Of a DNA stretch of 64,000 nt, positions 24,105-37,700 are shown one piece after another. The DNA lies in the NCBI GenBank assembly GCA_001600815.1, contig BCKZ01000029.1, positions 62,001 to 126,000 of the forward strand, read 5' to 3'. Within the stretch, counting starts at the first letter, position 1. The number at the start of each line of letters is the position of its first letter. Below the pieces are notes generated by a model, which saw nothing but the letters and a program-made list of their open reading frames with translations, did no database searches and was not told the DNA's origin. The stretch is from Alloascoidea hylecoeti. Its lineage: Eukaryota. A program made the translations under genes and the position numbers.

Positions 24105-27100
24105 AATCCATGAAAACATACTACATATTAAAAAAAAAAAGAAAAACAGTTAGAAAGAAAACAACTAAAGGATGATGAGAAGGAATATACCAATTGTGAA
24201 TTTTTCCAATTTTTTTGTTTTATTTTATTTTTTTATAAATTTTTATTTTATTTGTTATTTTTTTATATTTTATTTTTAAATTTAAAACTTTTTGTTAAAG
24301 TTTCATAATCAATTCAAATTCTAGATTTAATCATAATATAATATAATATGCATATAATATATTCTTTTTTTATCTTGAAAATTTTTAAAAAGTTTTAAAA
24401 AGACATCAATATTTATCAATAAAAAACCCATTTTTGTTATAATTATACATTTTACACATGCATCTAATATAATCTTAAGCTTCTTATACTCTTTATGGTA
24501 CATTTTAAGGAAATATGAAATTAACTATAATTATAGCTAGATTGGGAATTATCTTATGATGAAGATTAAATGTTTGTGGCATGAATTATATCCTGCAATT
24601 GATTATTGTCACAAGTAACTTAATGATGTTGTTGTGAATATAACAGACAAACTTGATTAACAATTAATATATATTAACTATAATTTTTTATTTTCAGATA
24701 CACTTCAGTTTCTAGATCTGTTCTACTCTATATTCGATAGCATTCATCTTACGATTTTATTACTGATCATGATCGATTTTGCTTTTTAAAGTTAATTTAT
24801 GGGTCGATGAACAATTGCAGGAATACCTCAACGTTCTTTTTTTTTTTTGATCAGAATTTATAAATAGCTATAAAAAATAAAACCGCAGCCGTTTTTAATT
24901 ATATTTAATTATTAATTATTTTTGCCATAGTCACAACAATTATAAGTTTTATATTGTTTTGATTCAGAATAAAAATATACAAAAAGAGAACAAAGTTATA
25001 AGGGGATTTAAAAATATTTATTTCGTTACCGTGTTTGTACCAATTGCGGACAAAGCCCGGGCAGACACAAATTCACCCGGTCTTGGAGTGGCCAAGTCAA
25101 TGCTTTGTGCGTGCATCCTTACTTCACCATAGCTATTAGCTAGCTTATTAATATGATGATGGTAACTATTAGACTACTGGTGCAAATCACAGAACTCAGC
25201 GACCGCAAAAGTACCGCACGCGTGGATTGATCGCTGTCCCGTTCACTGTCCGAGATTAGCATAGATTAGGATGAACAAGATTGGCATAAACAAGGTAATA
25301 TTATTCATTGGCCAATTGCAATGCTATATCTCGATTGCCTTTTTTCCATATTTACAATCCATTTTTGTGGTGTTTATAGATCAATTTTATTCCACATTTC
25401 TAAGCGCTAATATTATTCACAGTGTACCTTATAAAAGTATAACTCAATTGCAAGAATTATCTCATTAATATAGAATTATACGATATTATAGCTATAGACC
25501 GACCATATAAGCTTATTGATATTATATCAGACCAAACTTAAGCAAATTATCAAAGAAATGCCCAACCATGGTCAAATTGTAATTTAATCACAAGTTGCCG
25601 AATCACCCATTATTCTAGATCTATAAAAATTTATATTATATGTTAAGGAGTTATTTATCGCATTTATATTTTTAAAATTTTAACAGTTGATTTCATGAAT
25701 CATGGACAATATTCCATTGTAGTTATAGTGTAAAAAAATAGTCGTATAGTTGCTGCCAAAAACCGGTTTTAATTATAATTAATTAATTTGCAAAAAGCTT
25801 TATACTTATTACTTACTCACCTTAGCTAGGTATATCATAGGCTTATTATGACTAATGATAATGAATTTGAAATAAATCAAATCTATATCGTTAACCATCC
25901 AATGCATATGCTCAAGCAAAAAAAACTTTTTTGAGCAAGTTCTATTAGTTAAGTAAGTAGGTTTGTTAAAATTGAAAACGCTCAAGTCGGATAGTGTAAA
26001 TATATCCTATAAAATAAACGTATGGGGTGGGCTTAGAAAGTTTCATAAACCTCCTAAAAGGATTCTTGCAATTGTCATCCGATTACCAGCCCACTCTAAC
26101 AATTCAAGATGAATTCGAATAAAGATAATTAATCCGATTATCTGGGCAAGGCTCCGACGGTCATAGGGAGTATTAGGCACTAATACCGTGCCGACACCAT
26201 GGCCATCTATAATATTGACATAAACCAAGCAGGGGCATTTTTTGGATTTACGTGTATACGTATATTTAACTGAATAAAGCAACAAATTGCCTAGATCTGC
26301 TTTTCCTGATCTCTCATGATCATAGCTACTATTTTTTCTTCAATAGCCTGATGTGGATTATTTGGTTTGTGGTTCGGATTTTGATAGGATGAGGCTTGAT
26401 TCATCTGAGGTCTACCTATAAGTTGTAACCATTTCCAAGGTTTTATACGATTGTCATACAGCGGAAAGCTAGGGAATATAATCAGGTGCACTGCAAATGC
26501 TGATAAGTTATAACCATGGATCCAGACTTCAGGTCAGGGAATTCAGAGTATTCTGTAATTTCACTGTATAACCAGAATTCTTTTACCACGATCTATGCAT
26601 GTTAATCCCCCTTCAGCTTGGATATTGATATCCTACTATGGGAGCTTCATACTGGATTCCACCGTTCGCGGTTGTGATTTCAGTTGCAATTAAGCAATAA
26701 TTTGCACGTGAAAGCTTGTGGAGATCAACATATATAAAAATGGATGAATAACATGATCAGTCATAATCTTTTGTGGTACGAACGCGATATGATTATAATC
26801 GATGATTATAATTGGATTACAACAGGAGTATTATTTTGTATTGATGCAATTGTATTATTAGAGTAGCGGTTAAGGACTAATAAATCTGTTAAAGTCGTAA
26901 ATTGTTACAATTTATATGAGAAATTATCAAGACATGTATATGAGTTTCGATATTTTTTTTGATCTTCGAGAGAGGTTAGGTTTAAGTTTTTCTCAAGGTT
27001 TTCAACCCAGTTTTCGAGTGGAGGTTTTTGTGATATTGAAGTGAAATATCTACGATGGAGCCGTATGTATTTTGAGAGTGTTTGTCGGTTGTCGACGACC

Positions 27101-27371
27101 TTCAGTCCAAGACATTTCAAGTTCCGAGACATACCGGATTCAGTAACTCGGAGAACAAAAAGTGTTCAAAGACGCGGGTGTACGGGGGTCCTATTCATTA
27201 AGTTTCCAGATGTGGAAATCTCCCAAAAGAGGATTGGCCGCATTCCGTATAACACGTGACCTCAATTATAATTTATTCATGCAATTTATATGCAATATAT
27301 TGAGGATATCATTCTCAATTTTTAGTTGTATACCACAATATTTCAATTTTCAACTTCTTAGAAAACGACAC

Positions 27372-30300
27372 ATGTCGAGCTCCAGAAGGTCCAAAGGCTG
27401 GTTTCTTGGACTATTCAGCCAGCAGAGCAAAAGTCGACCGAAATTAGATAAAGTAGATCGAGCTTCAACAGACCCTACTCCCGTGCTCGGTTCCTTTACG
27501 TTTGGGGCGAAAAATAAAACAACAGAGAAGAATGCAAAGGAAAATATTAATGGTACTCAATTTCAAAGAACATGGCTCTCAAGAAATGGAAATGGGATTG
27601 GAAACAAAGCCGTAAATGAGAATGCAAATAATAAAAATGAAAATAAAAATGAATATGAAAATGAAACTAATGAAAGGATAATATCATCTAGAGATTTTCT
27701 AGAACATGAGCATTCAAAAAAGAGCCCAGACAACTCAAGGAGATATTCTCGCAAAGCCTCCAGTAAGAAATTCCAGGGTACTCACCATGATACAAAACTA
27801 ATCGTCCCTTCACCTTCAAATCTCAAAGTCTCAACTTCTTTACAGAACTTATCGATGGGTGTTGATTCATTGGAAAAAAATGAGAGCTTTATAACGAGTA
27901 TATGGAGCGGTAATGAATCATTTCACTCTAGTGGCCACGATAAAGTTTTCAGTTCTACTACTACAATTACGAAACCTACAAATAGTGTAGGCACGGCTAT
28001 TACAGCAGAAACAGTACTACAAAATGCCACAGAAACCAATTCCGTGGACCAAGAGATGCGACACTCAAATTTAACTCCAGCATTTTCTAAAGGAAACTTC
28101 ATAATCTCTAAAGAAGCCTTTGATCCAAGTTCTTGGGACTATACACAATACTCACCAAATGTTGCGTTTTTAGCATTTAATGCTGATGATTTGGCTTTTG
28201 TTCATACATTACACAATTCAGGCTGGCTAGAAGTGACCATATTAGGTAAATACCACAAGAGAATGAGAGGTTGGGTGCCAAGTACGTATTGGAAATTATA
28301 CGTAAGACAGGATTTAAAAGAATTCATGGAGACGATCGGCTCTTTTTTAATAACCTCAGAGAATCGAAAGTTAAAAATAAGCAACAAACATCAATTTGTA
28401 TCGGAGTCTAACACAAGTGCTTCTTCTATTACACAGTCACAATCTGAAACTTCACTACGTTCATTGTCAACATCATCTTCTAAAACCACAAACTCATCGA
28501 TTTCTATATTCTCAACAATGTCTACAGTGCCTCAACTGCAAGTGCTGTCTAATGAGACAGGTGAAATCAGACAAGGCGTTAAGTCTCTTTTGGAGCATAC
28601 AGATGCATTGAACAGAGATGCATCTGTGATAGTTGCATCGCAAAAACTTCGTGCTTTACGGAAACAGCTATTACGAGAATGGTCTCATCTAAATGACTGG
28701 TGTCTATTAATAGAGAGAGCGATTGGATTGGATAAGTCCGTGAATAGAGATTTTATGGGTTTACAGGATCAAATTGTTATTATGGCATGGAAGGTTTGCT
28801 TTGCAGGTCTTGATTTTTATAGAGAGTGGGAATTGCAGATGCATATGCAGGCGGCTCATTTATTATTCAAGCAAGAACCCGACAATCAAAAAATGTCTGC
28901 GACAAATTATAAACATCAACATCATTTCCATTCCGTATCAGTTTCTTCTCAGTTCCAGTCGTGGTTCTTAGAAAAACTCGACTCATTATCAGAATCTGCT
29001 TTACTAATGACATCTTCATCAACAAATCTTTCTCGATTTCGAGTCCAAGATTTTCTTAATGATCCTCCTTTTGCAAAATCCCGAATAGATGAATGTGAAT
29101 ACATTTTAGTGTCTTACATGTCTCTTTTTCTAGGTAGAATCGATATAATAGAGGGAAATTCTGAAGCATGCTTACAATTGGAACTCATAGCTCATCATTG
29201 TATACTATTAGTCAAAGAACTTTTATATGTGGTTAAAAGTTTATCTGAAACTCAAGGTGAAAGAGATTTAAGTATTGAAACTAGTATTGATGAAGTTCTT
29301 GAATTAGTCAAACTTATTATTCAAAAAGTTAAATTCTTAGTTATTTATTCTCTTAATAGTTCCAACCAAACCCAAACTCAAACGCAAGCACAATCATCCA
29401 TATCTATAACCCCACCTCCAAAAATTTATGTTGATGATGCTAGTACTATAAAGAGTCATAAAGATAAATCTTCAGATGTTACTATAAAAACATTACCTGA
29501 GTTTGAAATTGAACCAACAAGTATATTTGGAGTTAACAATGAAGCAAAAGATTTATGTATGGTAGCTGCAAAAATGATAAAAACTATTACAACATGTTGT
29601 TATAAATGTCGAAATAAAATCGGTTCCCTTGGAGATTTCCAACTAGCTGATAATAATGATATAAATAGTAATAATATTACCAGAAATAAGCATGTGGATT
29701 TCAAAAGCATTAAAATAAAGCCGGATGAATTTGTATCGAAATGTACTACCATGGTTACAAGTTCAAAAGAATTGTCCATTCAGCATAAAATGAATAATGG
29801 GATTAATAGGCATATTGGGAATAATATTAGTGGTACTTCTCTTAGTAGCTTGGATTATTCAAGTGATGAAAAATCGAAATACCCTTATTCATCAAAATAT
29901 TCTGTTTTTTATATGAAACCAAAGGGTGCTTCTTTCTTATCCATTCATGAATGGGCAAGAAATAATACAATGAATTCTACAAATAGTGATAAACTTTCTT
30001 ATAATGGTGATAATAATAGTAATCATAATAGTGCAAGGGAAGATGAAAGTGGTTCTTATAAACCAGAGGATGAGCAAATATTAATTGATGCTATTGTTGG
30101 TAAGGTACAAGGTGGTTCTTTTTCAGCATTGGTAAAACATTTAACTGATGAATCTAATTATCCAGATCAATTTTTCATTTCAACATTTTTTTTAAATTTT
30201 AGATCTTTTGGAACTTCATTAGAATTGGCAGAAACTTTAATTTCCCGATTTAATTTAAATAAAAAATCACATGAAGAATCTAAAATTTTATTAAAAAGAA

Positions 30301-31700
30301 GAGAAATGGTTTATTTTTGTTTTAAAACATGGTTAGAATCATATTGGGATAATAAAAAGGATATTTTGGTATTACCAACAATTATCAATTTTGCAAATGA
30401 AGGAATGCCAAGGGTAATTAATGGTTATTCAAAATTACAAGGTGATTCAATTGTATTAATTGAATTAGCAGCAAGATTATATCTTGATGTAAATAAAACA
30501 TCATTGACAACAACAGCAGATAATTCTAAAGTAAAGCCACATCGACAAATTGTTTCAAGATTAATTAAACCATATCATGTTAGAGGTAAACTAATTAAAA
30601 GTTTAAATGATATATTAGGACATTCAATGTCAGTTTCTGATTTTAATAATATTTTAAGTGTTTCATCATCAAGTTCAAATATTAAAGATAATTATGAATT
30701 TGGATCACTTTCAAAAATTATTGATATTTATGAAATTTCAATTAAAAACTCTTTTAAATCTTTTAATTTTTATGATAGAAAAAAATTAATTCATTATGAA
30801 GCAGAAATTTTAGATAATTGGGAATTATTATCAGAATCAAATACAAAAATTGTTGATTCAATTGATGAATTTAATTTTAAAAATTTTAAAAATTTCCCAT
30901 TAATTTCAGATTTTAATTATTATGAAATTGCAAAACAATTAACTTTAATGGAAGCAAATATGTTTACAAGAATTGAACCAAATGAATTTTTAAATCAAAA
31001 TTTTAAACCACAAAGAAAAAAACAATTTGCTCCAACTATAAGTACAATGTTATTATTTACAAATCAATTATCTGGTTATGTTTGTGGTAGTATTTTAGAA
31101 GAAGGTAAATCTTTAAAAACTAGAAGAATTATATTAAAACAATGGATAAAAATTGCATTAGCATGTCTTGAATTACAAAATTATAGTAGTGTTGCTTCAA
31201 TTGTAACTGCATTACAATCAACTGTTATTAGTAGAATTACAAAATTATGGTCTTTATTAAATGAAAAATTTATTAATTTATTCAATGATATGGCTAATTT
31301 ATTTACTCCTGATAGAAATTTTATAACATATCGAAATAAATTAAAAAAAGTTGAAGGATGTTGTGTACCATATTTAGGATTATACCTAACTGATATTATA
31401 TTTGCAAATGATGGTAATCCAAGTTTTAGATCTTATAAATTTAATGAAGAACATAAAATTATTAATTTTGAAAAATATTCAATGTTTACAAATGTTATAT
31501 CTGATGTTGAAAGATATCAAATAACAACAAAATATCCAAATAAAAAGATTAAACCTGTTTATAAAGATTTAGAACCTTTTACAAATTTACAAATTTGGAT
31601 TTTATTGGAAATGTGGAGATTTCATTTTGAAAATGATAATGGATCTTCTGATAAATTTTGGAGAATGAGTACTTTTCTTGAACCAAGTAATTTATCATGA
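27372..31700 (+). CDS. SH3-containing Ras guanine-nucleotide exchange factor (Cdc25/Bud5 family)
   Basis: SH3-like 'SGWLEV..RGWVPSTY', REM 'FFISTFFLNFRSF..FKTWLESYW', RasGEF 'EIAKQLTLME', 'LQNYSS..IVTALQS', 'CVPYLGLYLTDIIFANDGNP', 'INFEK'. Start placed at the MSSSRRSK ATG. Confidence 0.9.
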   Translation: MSSSRRSKGWFLGLFSQQSKSRPKLDKVDRASTDPTPVLGSFTFGAKNKTTEKNAKENINGTQFQRTWLSRNGNGIGNKAVNENANNKNENKNEYENETNERIISSRDFLEHEHSKKSPDNSRRYSRKASSKKFQGTHHDTKLIVPSPSNLKVSTSLQNLSMGVDSLEKNESFITSIWSGNESFHSSGHDKVFSSTTTITKPTNSVGTAITAETVLQNATETNSVDQEMRHSNLTPAFSKGNFIISKEAFDPSSWDYTQYSPNVAFLAFNADDLAFVHTLHNSGWLEVTILGKYHKRMRGWVPSTYWKLYVRQDLKEFMETIGSFLITSENRKLKISNKHQFVSESNTSASSITQSQSETSLRSLSTSSSKTTNSSISIFSTMSTVPQLQVLSNETGEIRQGVKSLLEHTDALNRDASVIVASQKLRALRKQLLREWSHLNDWCLLIERAIGLDKSVNRDFMGLQDQIVIMAWKVCFAGLDFYREWELQMHMQAAHLLFKQEPDNQKMSATNYKHQHHFHSVSVSSQFQSWFLEKLDSLSESALLMTSSSTNLSRFRVQDFLNDPPFAKSRIDECEYILVSYMSLFLGRIDIIEGNSEACLQLELIAHHCILLVKELLYVVKSLSETQGERDLSIETSIDEVLELVKLIIQKVKFLVIYSLNSSNQTQTQTQAQSSISITPPPKIYVDDASTIKSHKDKSSDVTIKTLPEFEIEPTSIFGVNNEAKDLCMVAAKMIKTITTCCYKCRNKIGSLGDFQLADNNDINSNNITRNKHVDFKSIKIKPDEFVSKCTTMVTSSKELSIQHKMNNGINRHIGNNISGTSLSSLDYSSDEKSKYPYSSKYSVFYMKPKGASFLSIHEWARNNTMNSTNSDKLSYNGDNNSNHNSAREDESGSYKPEDEQILIDAIVGKVQGGSFSALVKHLTDESNYPDQFFISTFFLNFRSFGTSLELAETLISRFNLNKKSHEESKILLKRREMVYFCFKTWLESYWDNKKDILVLPTIINFANEGMPRVINGYSKLQGDSIVLIELAARLYLDVNKTSLTTTADNSKVKPHRQIVSRLIKPYHVRGKLIKSLNDILGHSMSVSDFNNILSVSSSSSNIKDNYEFGSLSKIIDIYEISIKNSFKSFNFYDRKKLIHYEAEILDNWELLSESNTKIVDSIDEFNFKNFKNFPLISDFNYYEIAKQLTLMEANMFTRIEPNEFLNQNFKPQRKKQFAPTISTMLLFTNQLSGYVCGSILEEGKSLKTRRIILKQWIKIALACLELQNYSSVASIVTALQSTVISRITKLWSLLNEKFINLFNDMANLFTPDRNFITYRNKLKKVEGCCVPYLGLYLTDIIFANDGNPSFRSYKFNEEHKIINFEKYSMFTNVISDVERYQITTKYPNKKIKPVYKDLEPFTNLQIWILLEMWRFHFENDNGSSDKFWRMSTFLEPSNLS

Positions 31701-32836
31701 TTATAAAAATTTAAGAAGTCAACAAAAAATACATACGCAAGAGTTAATTGCAACCAATTTTTTTTTGTCTAGTCCATGATCATTATTACATTTGAATTTT
31801 TTTTTTTTTAAATCGTTAATTCATTCATTCGTTTGATTTATTATTATTATTATTATTGTTATTGTCACTGTTATTATTACTATTATTATATATTATCATT
31901 ACATTTGTTTAAATTATCATGTTTATATTATACCATATTATCAATCTTCCTTCATTATACATTTATTATTATTACATTCATTACATTGCTGAGAGGTTAT
32001 TCAAATTTTGATTTTTTATGATTACATTTTACACTGATTGGGAAAAAACAATTCATTTCGTTTTAAAATTGTTACTTCACTTCTTTTTTTAACTTTTTTT
32101 ATTATTTTTTACTTTATCAATATTCTTTTCCAATTGACGTTGTATTTATATATAAATTTTTTTTGTTATAACAAATTCCTGTATTATTTATAATGAATTA
32201 AATTTAACCATTTTTTATTCATACAGCTAAACCATCATCATAGATAAATATAAGCTTAAATTCTTTAAATTAAAATATTATTTTTCAATACTTCATCGAC
32301 TTATCATTATTACTTCTATTAAATCCTGATTAATAAGAGGTTATATCCGGTAGTCACACCAGATGGGAGTGAAAGAGTTGAGCGGTAGCTACTGCATATC
32401 GAACCAGAATTGGCTATACTGTTCACTGTTCAAACAATTTACATGACTCTTTATTCTAGTAGTGAATAAATGAACTTGATCTTCATTATCATGAGATTTG
32501 TAGTAATATCCTCCATCATACATAGGACCTTATCAATGCAATATTATGAGCGGCATTTTATGCAGAAGCTACATCTTCATAACAGGAAGAACATATAGAC
32601 AAAGAAAGGAAAAATAAGGGTTTCAAGTGATATACTAACAATTGAATATTAACATAGTTGATACTGTGATATGAAGAGCTTTACCCATAATTATAAGTTT
32701 TAAGATTAAACGATATACCAGTAAACCAAAAATTAACAAACAAAAATAAAACAATGGTACCTGAATATAATCTCTATCGGTATTATGTAGATGAATAATA
32801 AACAAAAGTTGAATTCCATATTGAAACTTCTAATTA

Positions 32837-33520
32837 TTATCTTCGAAGACTATCTAATCTAGCTTGAAGATCATCATCTATACCATCGCCACCACCAGAA
32901 TCACCACCAATAGCCTGAGCAACTTTTCCTTCAGCTGCCTTTTCAGCTTTAACACCACTTGGAGTTTCATCTAACATATGATTAAGATCAATACCAATTT
33001 CATCCAAGACTTGATTTACAATTTCCTCACTTTCTTCTTCTTCATCTAATTCATCACCCATTGCATCATCAATTGCATCATCCATCATTTCTTGTCTTTG
33101 ATCCATAATATCATTCTCTTTTTCAAATTCCATTGCAATTCGTTGTAAAGAAGGTAAATTCATACTTTTATTCATTGAAGATAATAAACCTGTTGCACCT
33201 TTCATACTTTGAACCATTTGTTCATTACTTCGAACAGATTGAATTCTTAATGAAATTGCTTGAAGTTGAGTTTTCATTTGATAAAACTTTTGAATATAAT
33301 TTCTTGTCCTTACTAAATCTTTAGCTTGGATTTTACATGCGCTCATTTGTCCATTTTTGGCCGATTTTTTAATCTCACTGATTAATTTTTTTTCTTGTTG
33401 TTCTAATTTTTGTCTTTCACGATCCAATTCTCTTTGCGTCCGTTCCAACGCCCGTTGGTGCTTCCTTAATTTTTCTTGTGGTGTTAAACGGTGGCCAAAA
33501 GCCCATTCAAACAGCTGCAT
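32837..33520 (-). CDS. DID4: ESCRT-III subunit Vps2/Did4 (CHMP2A)
   Basis: MQLFEWAFG..TPQEKLRKHQRALERTQRELDRE, AKDLVRTR, C-terminal MIM1 DDDLQARLDSLRR. Confidence 0.95.
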   Translation of the reverse strand: MQLFEWAFGHRLTPQEKLRKHQRALERTQRELDRERQKLEQQEKKLISEIKKSAKNGQMSACKIQAKDLVRTRNYIQKFYQMKTQLQAISLRIQSVRSNEQMVQSMKGATGLLSSMNKSMNLPSLQRIAMEFEKENDIMDQRQEMMDDAIDDAMGDELDEEEESEEIVNQVLDEIGIDLNHMLDETPSGVKAEKAAEGKVAQAIGGDSGGGDGIDDDLQARLDSLRR

Positions 33521-33804
33521 TTTGAAAAAAGATTGGAAATTTGGAGGTTTGGGGTTGGAGTTTGGAGACAAATGGAAGTTTGAAGTTTGGAATACAAATG
33601 GAAACGGACGTATGGGTGTTTGGTCTTTTTCATTTGATATCTTGCGATTGTGAAATGGGAATCTCTAATTTCTTTTAAAACACTACACAACTACAAAATG
33701 TTCAAATTTCCTTTAAAATTTTCAGTTAAAGTAGCATATGAAGATGTTATATAGATTGTAATATTAACCGCCCAAATAAATGATAAAGAAAATCCAGCTT
33801 ATAA

Positions 33805-34563
33805 TTAAAGCTTCAAAGCAGTTGTAGTTTCCGAATCATAAGATCCGATAACTTTCACTTTGAATTCAGAACAAGCAACGCCAAATCGTTTTAATATTAG
33901 AGCTTGGCGAACATCTAAAACATCTCCTTTTTGACAGACCGCGTATTCTTGATCTAAGACAATTTTACCATTTTTCATCTTGGTAGGCATTTTCAATTGA
34001 TTACGAAGATTTTCTTCAACTGAATGGGTCATTGGAACATCATCCTCTGCTGGAATTTGTCCTCCGGTCGAATAAACAATACCCGCAGGAACTGTGAAAG
34101 ATATAGGTGAAGTAGATTTGGCGCGAGCATAGTCTGTTCTTGCGAAAGCAATAAAATATGCCTTAACCGTTTCGCTATCCTCGTCTGTGAAAAGCAAACC
34201 TATAGAACCTTCAGCCCATGCTGATAATTGATGAATGTTGTCTCTGTATTCATTTTCAGGTGACGTTCCTAAAGCTTTTTCTAAAACCTTTCTTTTACCC
34301 AAAACTATTTTGCTTCCTTTCCAATCATTTCTAATTTCCTGTAAGAAAGGAGTTCGAGCATTATCCAGCTGGAAAACCCAAACATATCTGTATTTATCAA
34401 GATTAGCTCTAACATCATCGAACAGCTTCTCTTTATTTTCTCTTCCTTTTTTATCTGTTTGTGATAAGGTGACTGAATAGAAAAATACATGTTAGTGCTC
34501 CATAAGTATTAACTAGTCATTTCGAAATAACATACCGAGCTTGCTTCTCTTTGATTTTGGCAT
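33805..34563 (-). CDS. MRT4: Ribosome assembly factor Mrt4; exons 34563-34536 and 34472-33805
   Basis: MPKSKRSKL|VTLSQTDKKGRENK after removing a 63-nt GTATGT..CACTAAC..CAG intron; FGKRKV..ALG, DYARA, LDVRQALILK motifs. Confidence 0.95.
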
Positions 34564-34603
34564 TTCTAGATGTTTTTATAGATTTGCAAATTTAAATGTT
34601 ACT

Positions 34604-34690
34604 TGAAAAATTATTTTTATTTTTTTCTTCATTTTTCCAAATCGCAGCATCGCTCGTGTTACCCGGCTGCCGGACCCGGAGTTACCCTGA
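34604..34690. promoter_or_regulatory. Compact divergent MRT4/UFD4 promoter with RRPE-like, PAC-like and Reb1-like sites
   Basis: TGAAAAATT at 34604, GCGATGC (PAC variant) on the minus strand at ~34647-34653, TTACCCGG at 34659-34666 and TTACCCT at 34682. Consistent with a ribosome-biogenesis promoter. Confidence 0.6.
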
Positions 34691-34768
34691 ATTTATGGTA
34701 CCTCCCGCCACCAGCTAAATACTCCTTCGTCTTCTCTGTATCTTTAACTTCTCCACTTATTGTTGATC

Positions 34769-37700
34769 ATGGCTACAAATAATGCTGAAAGCTCCTCAAG
34801 CAGACAAAAGGAAAAGATCGCAAGAAAACATAAAACTGGGCGTAGGCATACCGCCTATTCGGAGAAGGACGACGTCCTCATGAGCGATGCTGATCAAGTA
34901 GATTTCAATACCTCATCTCCAAATCACGACATCACCACAGAAACTCCATTTTCGGTTTCTAGACAGCAACAAACTGGTGGTCCAGCACTGCTTTTTGAGG
35001 CGGAAGCGGCTGACCATGGCGATCATAGTGAGGATGAAGATGGACTCTATCGACTATCACAAATGGGTCAAGAGAGGAAAGAGGCAAATATTACACGAAG
35101 GAGCCTTGACCAAGAAGATATGATGCAATCTATAGAAGGATTAGATAGATTATATTCATCAAATTCACATCCAGACCCTCCAAATGAGGATACCCATGAT
35201 CATAGTGGTGATAACGACAATAATATCGATAATAATACTATTGCTGTTGAAAGTGACAACGAGAATGACAATGAACACGATGCTCATAGACCCAGTGATG
35301 ATAATAATACAAATGATAATATCAATTTTCCTTTTTCTAGATCTTCTGGTCAACGTTTAAGAAATGAAGCAACTGATTTTGCAGCCGCTTTTTCAAATTT
35401 TAGAAGTTTACATGATTTTGGTGCAGTTTCTAGAATTGCTACTCTTATTTCAAAATTATCAGATCATGCAAATCCTTATTCATTATTAGATGATTTAACA
35501 GAGCTTAGTGATTCTCTTTTAACAATGAGTTCAGTATTAGAACATCGAAGTTTCCCTGTTTCTAAAGCAACTTCTGTACTAGTTGGAATTATGAATGATC
35601 CAACATTAGAAGATTTTATGGAAGTTCAACTTTTGGCTTGTAGAAGTCTTTTTAATTTATTGGAACTTGATTTAGATTATGTAAATACAGCTGTTCATGC
35701 AGGCGCTGTAGAAGCTTTACAGTCGAAACTTTTCAATGTTCAATATATTGATTTAGCTGAACAAGTTTTACAAGTGATGGAATTTATTTCAAGATTTGCT
35801 GGTAGGAAAGTTTTAAGTAAAGGTGGACTTTTAGCATGTTTACAATATCTTGATTTTTTTACAATTCATACCCAAAGAAAAGCATTATTAACAACTGCTA
35901 ATTCTTGTCGTTCAATTAGTACAAAATCTTTTTCGCAAGTTAAAGATATTTTCCCAACATTAGAATCTATAGTATGTTCTGATCATGGTGATCCATCAGT
36001 TTTGGAAAATTCTTGGATTGCAATTTCAAGAATTGTTACTAATTTTAGAAAACATCCTTCTTTATTGGAACAATTAATTTCTGAAAAATTATTAATTAAA
36101 ATATCTCATGTTACAACATCAAATTTTTCAAAAGGAAAATTAGCAACTCAAACACAAACAATTGAATATTCAACATGTCTTAAACTTTTATCTATTTTTT
36201 CAATGGTATCTAAAGCATCTCCTGCTTTATCAAAAATTATTCTTTGTGAATGTAATATTGGAGAATTGATTTGTGCTACTTTATCAGGATACGGTAATTC
36301 GAATAATAATAGTAACGGTAGCAACAACATCAATGATGATGATGATAAAAAATGTGCTGTCGAAATTGAATCTGTTATGGCAGCTCCAAAAGATTTAATT
36401 TTGGAAGATCTTAACATTATATGTTTATTATTACCATTGGAAGATGAAATTGTTGGTGAATTTTTAAAACCAATAATTCCAGTAATTACTGAACAAGATA
36501 AAAATCGAAAAATTTTATATAATGAAGGAAATGTTTTACCAAGCATTCAAAAATTTATTAGTTATATTTTCCCAATTCTTTTGGATGTTTATTCAGCAAC
36601 AGTTGATTTTGAAATTAGAAAACGTGTTTTATTGGCAATGCTTAGATCAATTTGTGTTTTAAAATCATCATTATTTGAAGGTATATCAAGAAATTCAGAA
36701 ATTGTTAATATACTTACTGCAAATATTATTCAAAGTAAATCATTACTTTCTAAAAATAAAGAAAAGATTGAAACTACAATTCAAACACAAACTCTTACAT
36801 TGTTAACTGGTGCACTTTTATTGATTAAAGTTTTGTTATCGGAAATGCCTGCACAGTATGCAGTTAGATTTGAAAGAGAAGGAATTATTCAAGAGATTAA
36901 ATCGATTTTAGAATTGTTGGAAGCTGAAAAAAAATCTATACCTGAAGAATTGAAAATCATTCATAGTAAATTTGAAAATGATAATACCAATGATGAAGAT
37001 GATGAGCATCACATGGATGAAGATGATGATGAAGAAGAGGAGGATGAAGATGAAGACGACGAAGATGAAGACAACGAAGATGAGGATGAAGACGACAACG
37101 ATCAGGAAGCCAATAATGGTGTGAAAACTGATAGTAAGGCCAATGATGACGACGATGAGGATGAAGATGAAGATGATGAAGACGAAGACGAAGATGAAGA
37201 TGAAGATGAAGATGAAGACGAAGACGAAACTGATAATGATTCAGAAAATCGTTATGTTTCAAATGGCAGTGACAAATTAATAAAGTCCTTAATGGAGACA
37301 ATTATTTCTAGCTGTCATTATATCCTCAAAAAGTTTGACTCTTTAAATGATTCAAATGACTCTGTTGCTCAAGATCGATCTAAACTTTTATCTCAAATTT
37401 ATCAACAAATGGTTTGCACTACAAATACACCACAACAATGGGATGAAATATTTAAATATCTTTCTAAAAATTATTTTTCTTCAAGTCATGCTGATTCAAT
37501 TTCAAGTTTTGAATTAATTAATTCAGGTATATCTGAAGCAATTAATTCTGTTTTAAAAGGTGATGATGAAATACGTTCAGCTTTCATTTCTAATTTCTAC
37601 AATAAAGATGATCCAAATGATATGCATTCACCAATTGAAAATTTAGTTGATAAATTACAAGAAGCTTTAACAAGAGCAGAATCATTTGATATTACAACTT

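Noticed and set aside
25040..25270. GC-rich patch with a CAGCGA/TCGCTG stem and a box-C-like ATGATGA
   Set aside because: No box D or tRNA A/B boxes; more likely ordinary regulatory DNA.
26043..26700. GC-richer stretch with a possible integrase-tail/chromodomain-like peptide (AIEEKIVA..YSVKY) on the minus strand
   Set aside because: Too few ordered motifs to support a call.
27162..27371. N-terminal extension of the RasGEF ORF from a GTG start
   Set aside because: The ORF track uses non-ATG starts; composition looks like promoter/UTR. Similar trimming applied to ECM25, UFD4 and DID4.
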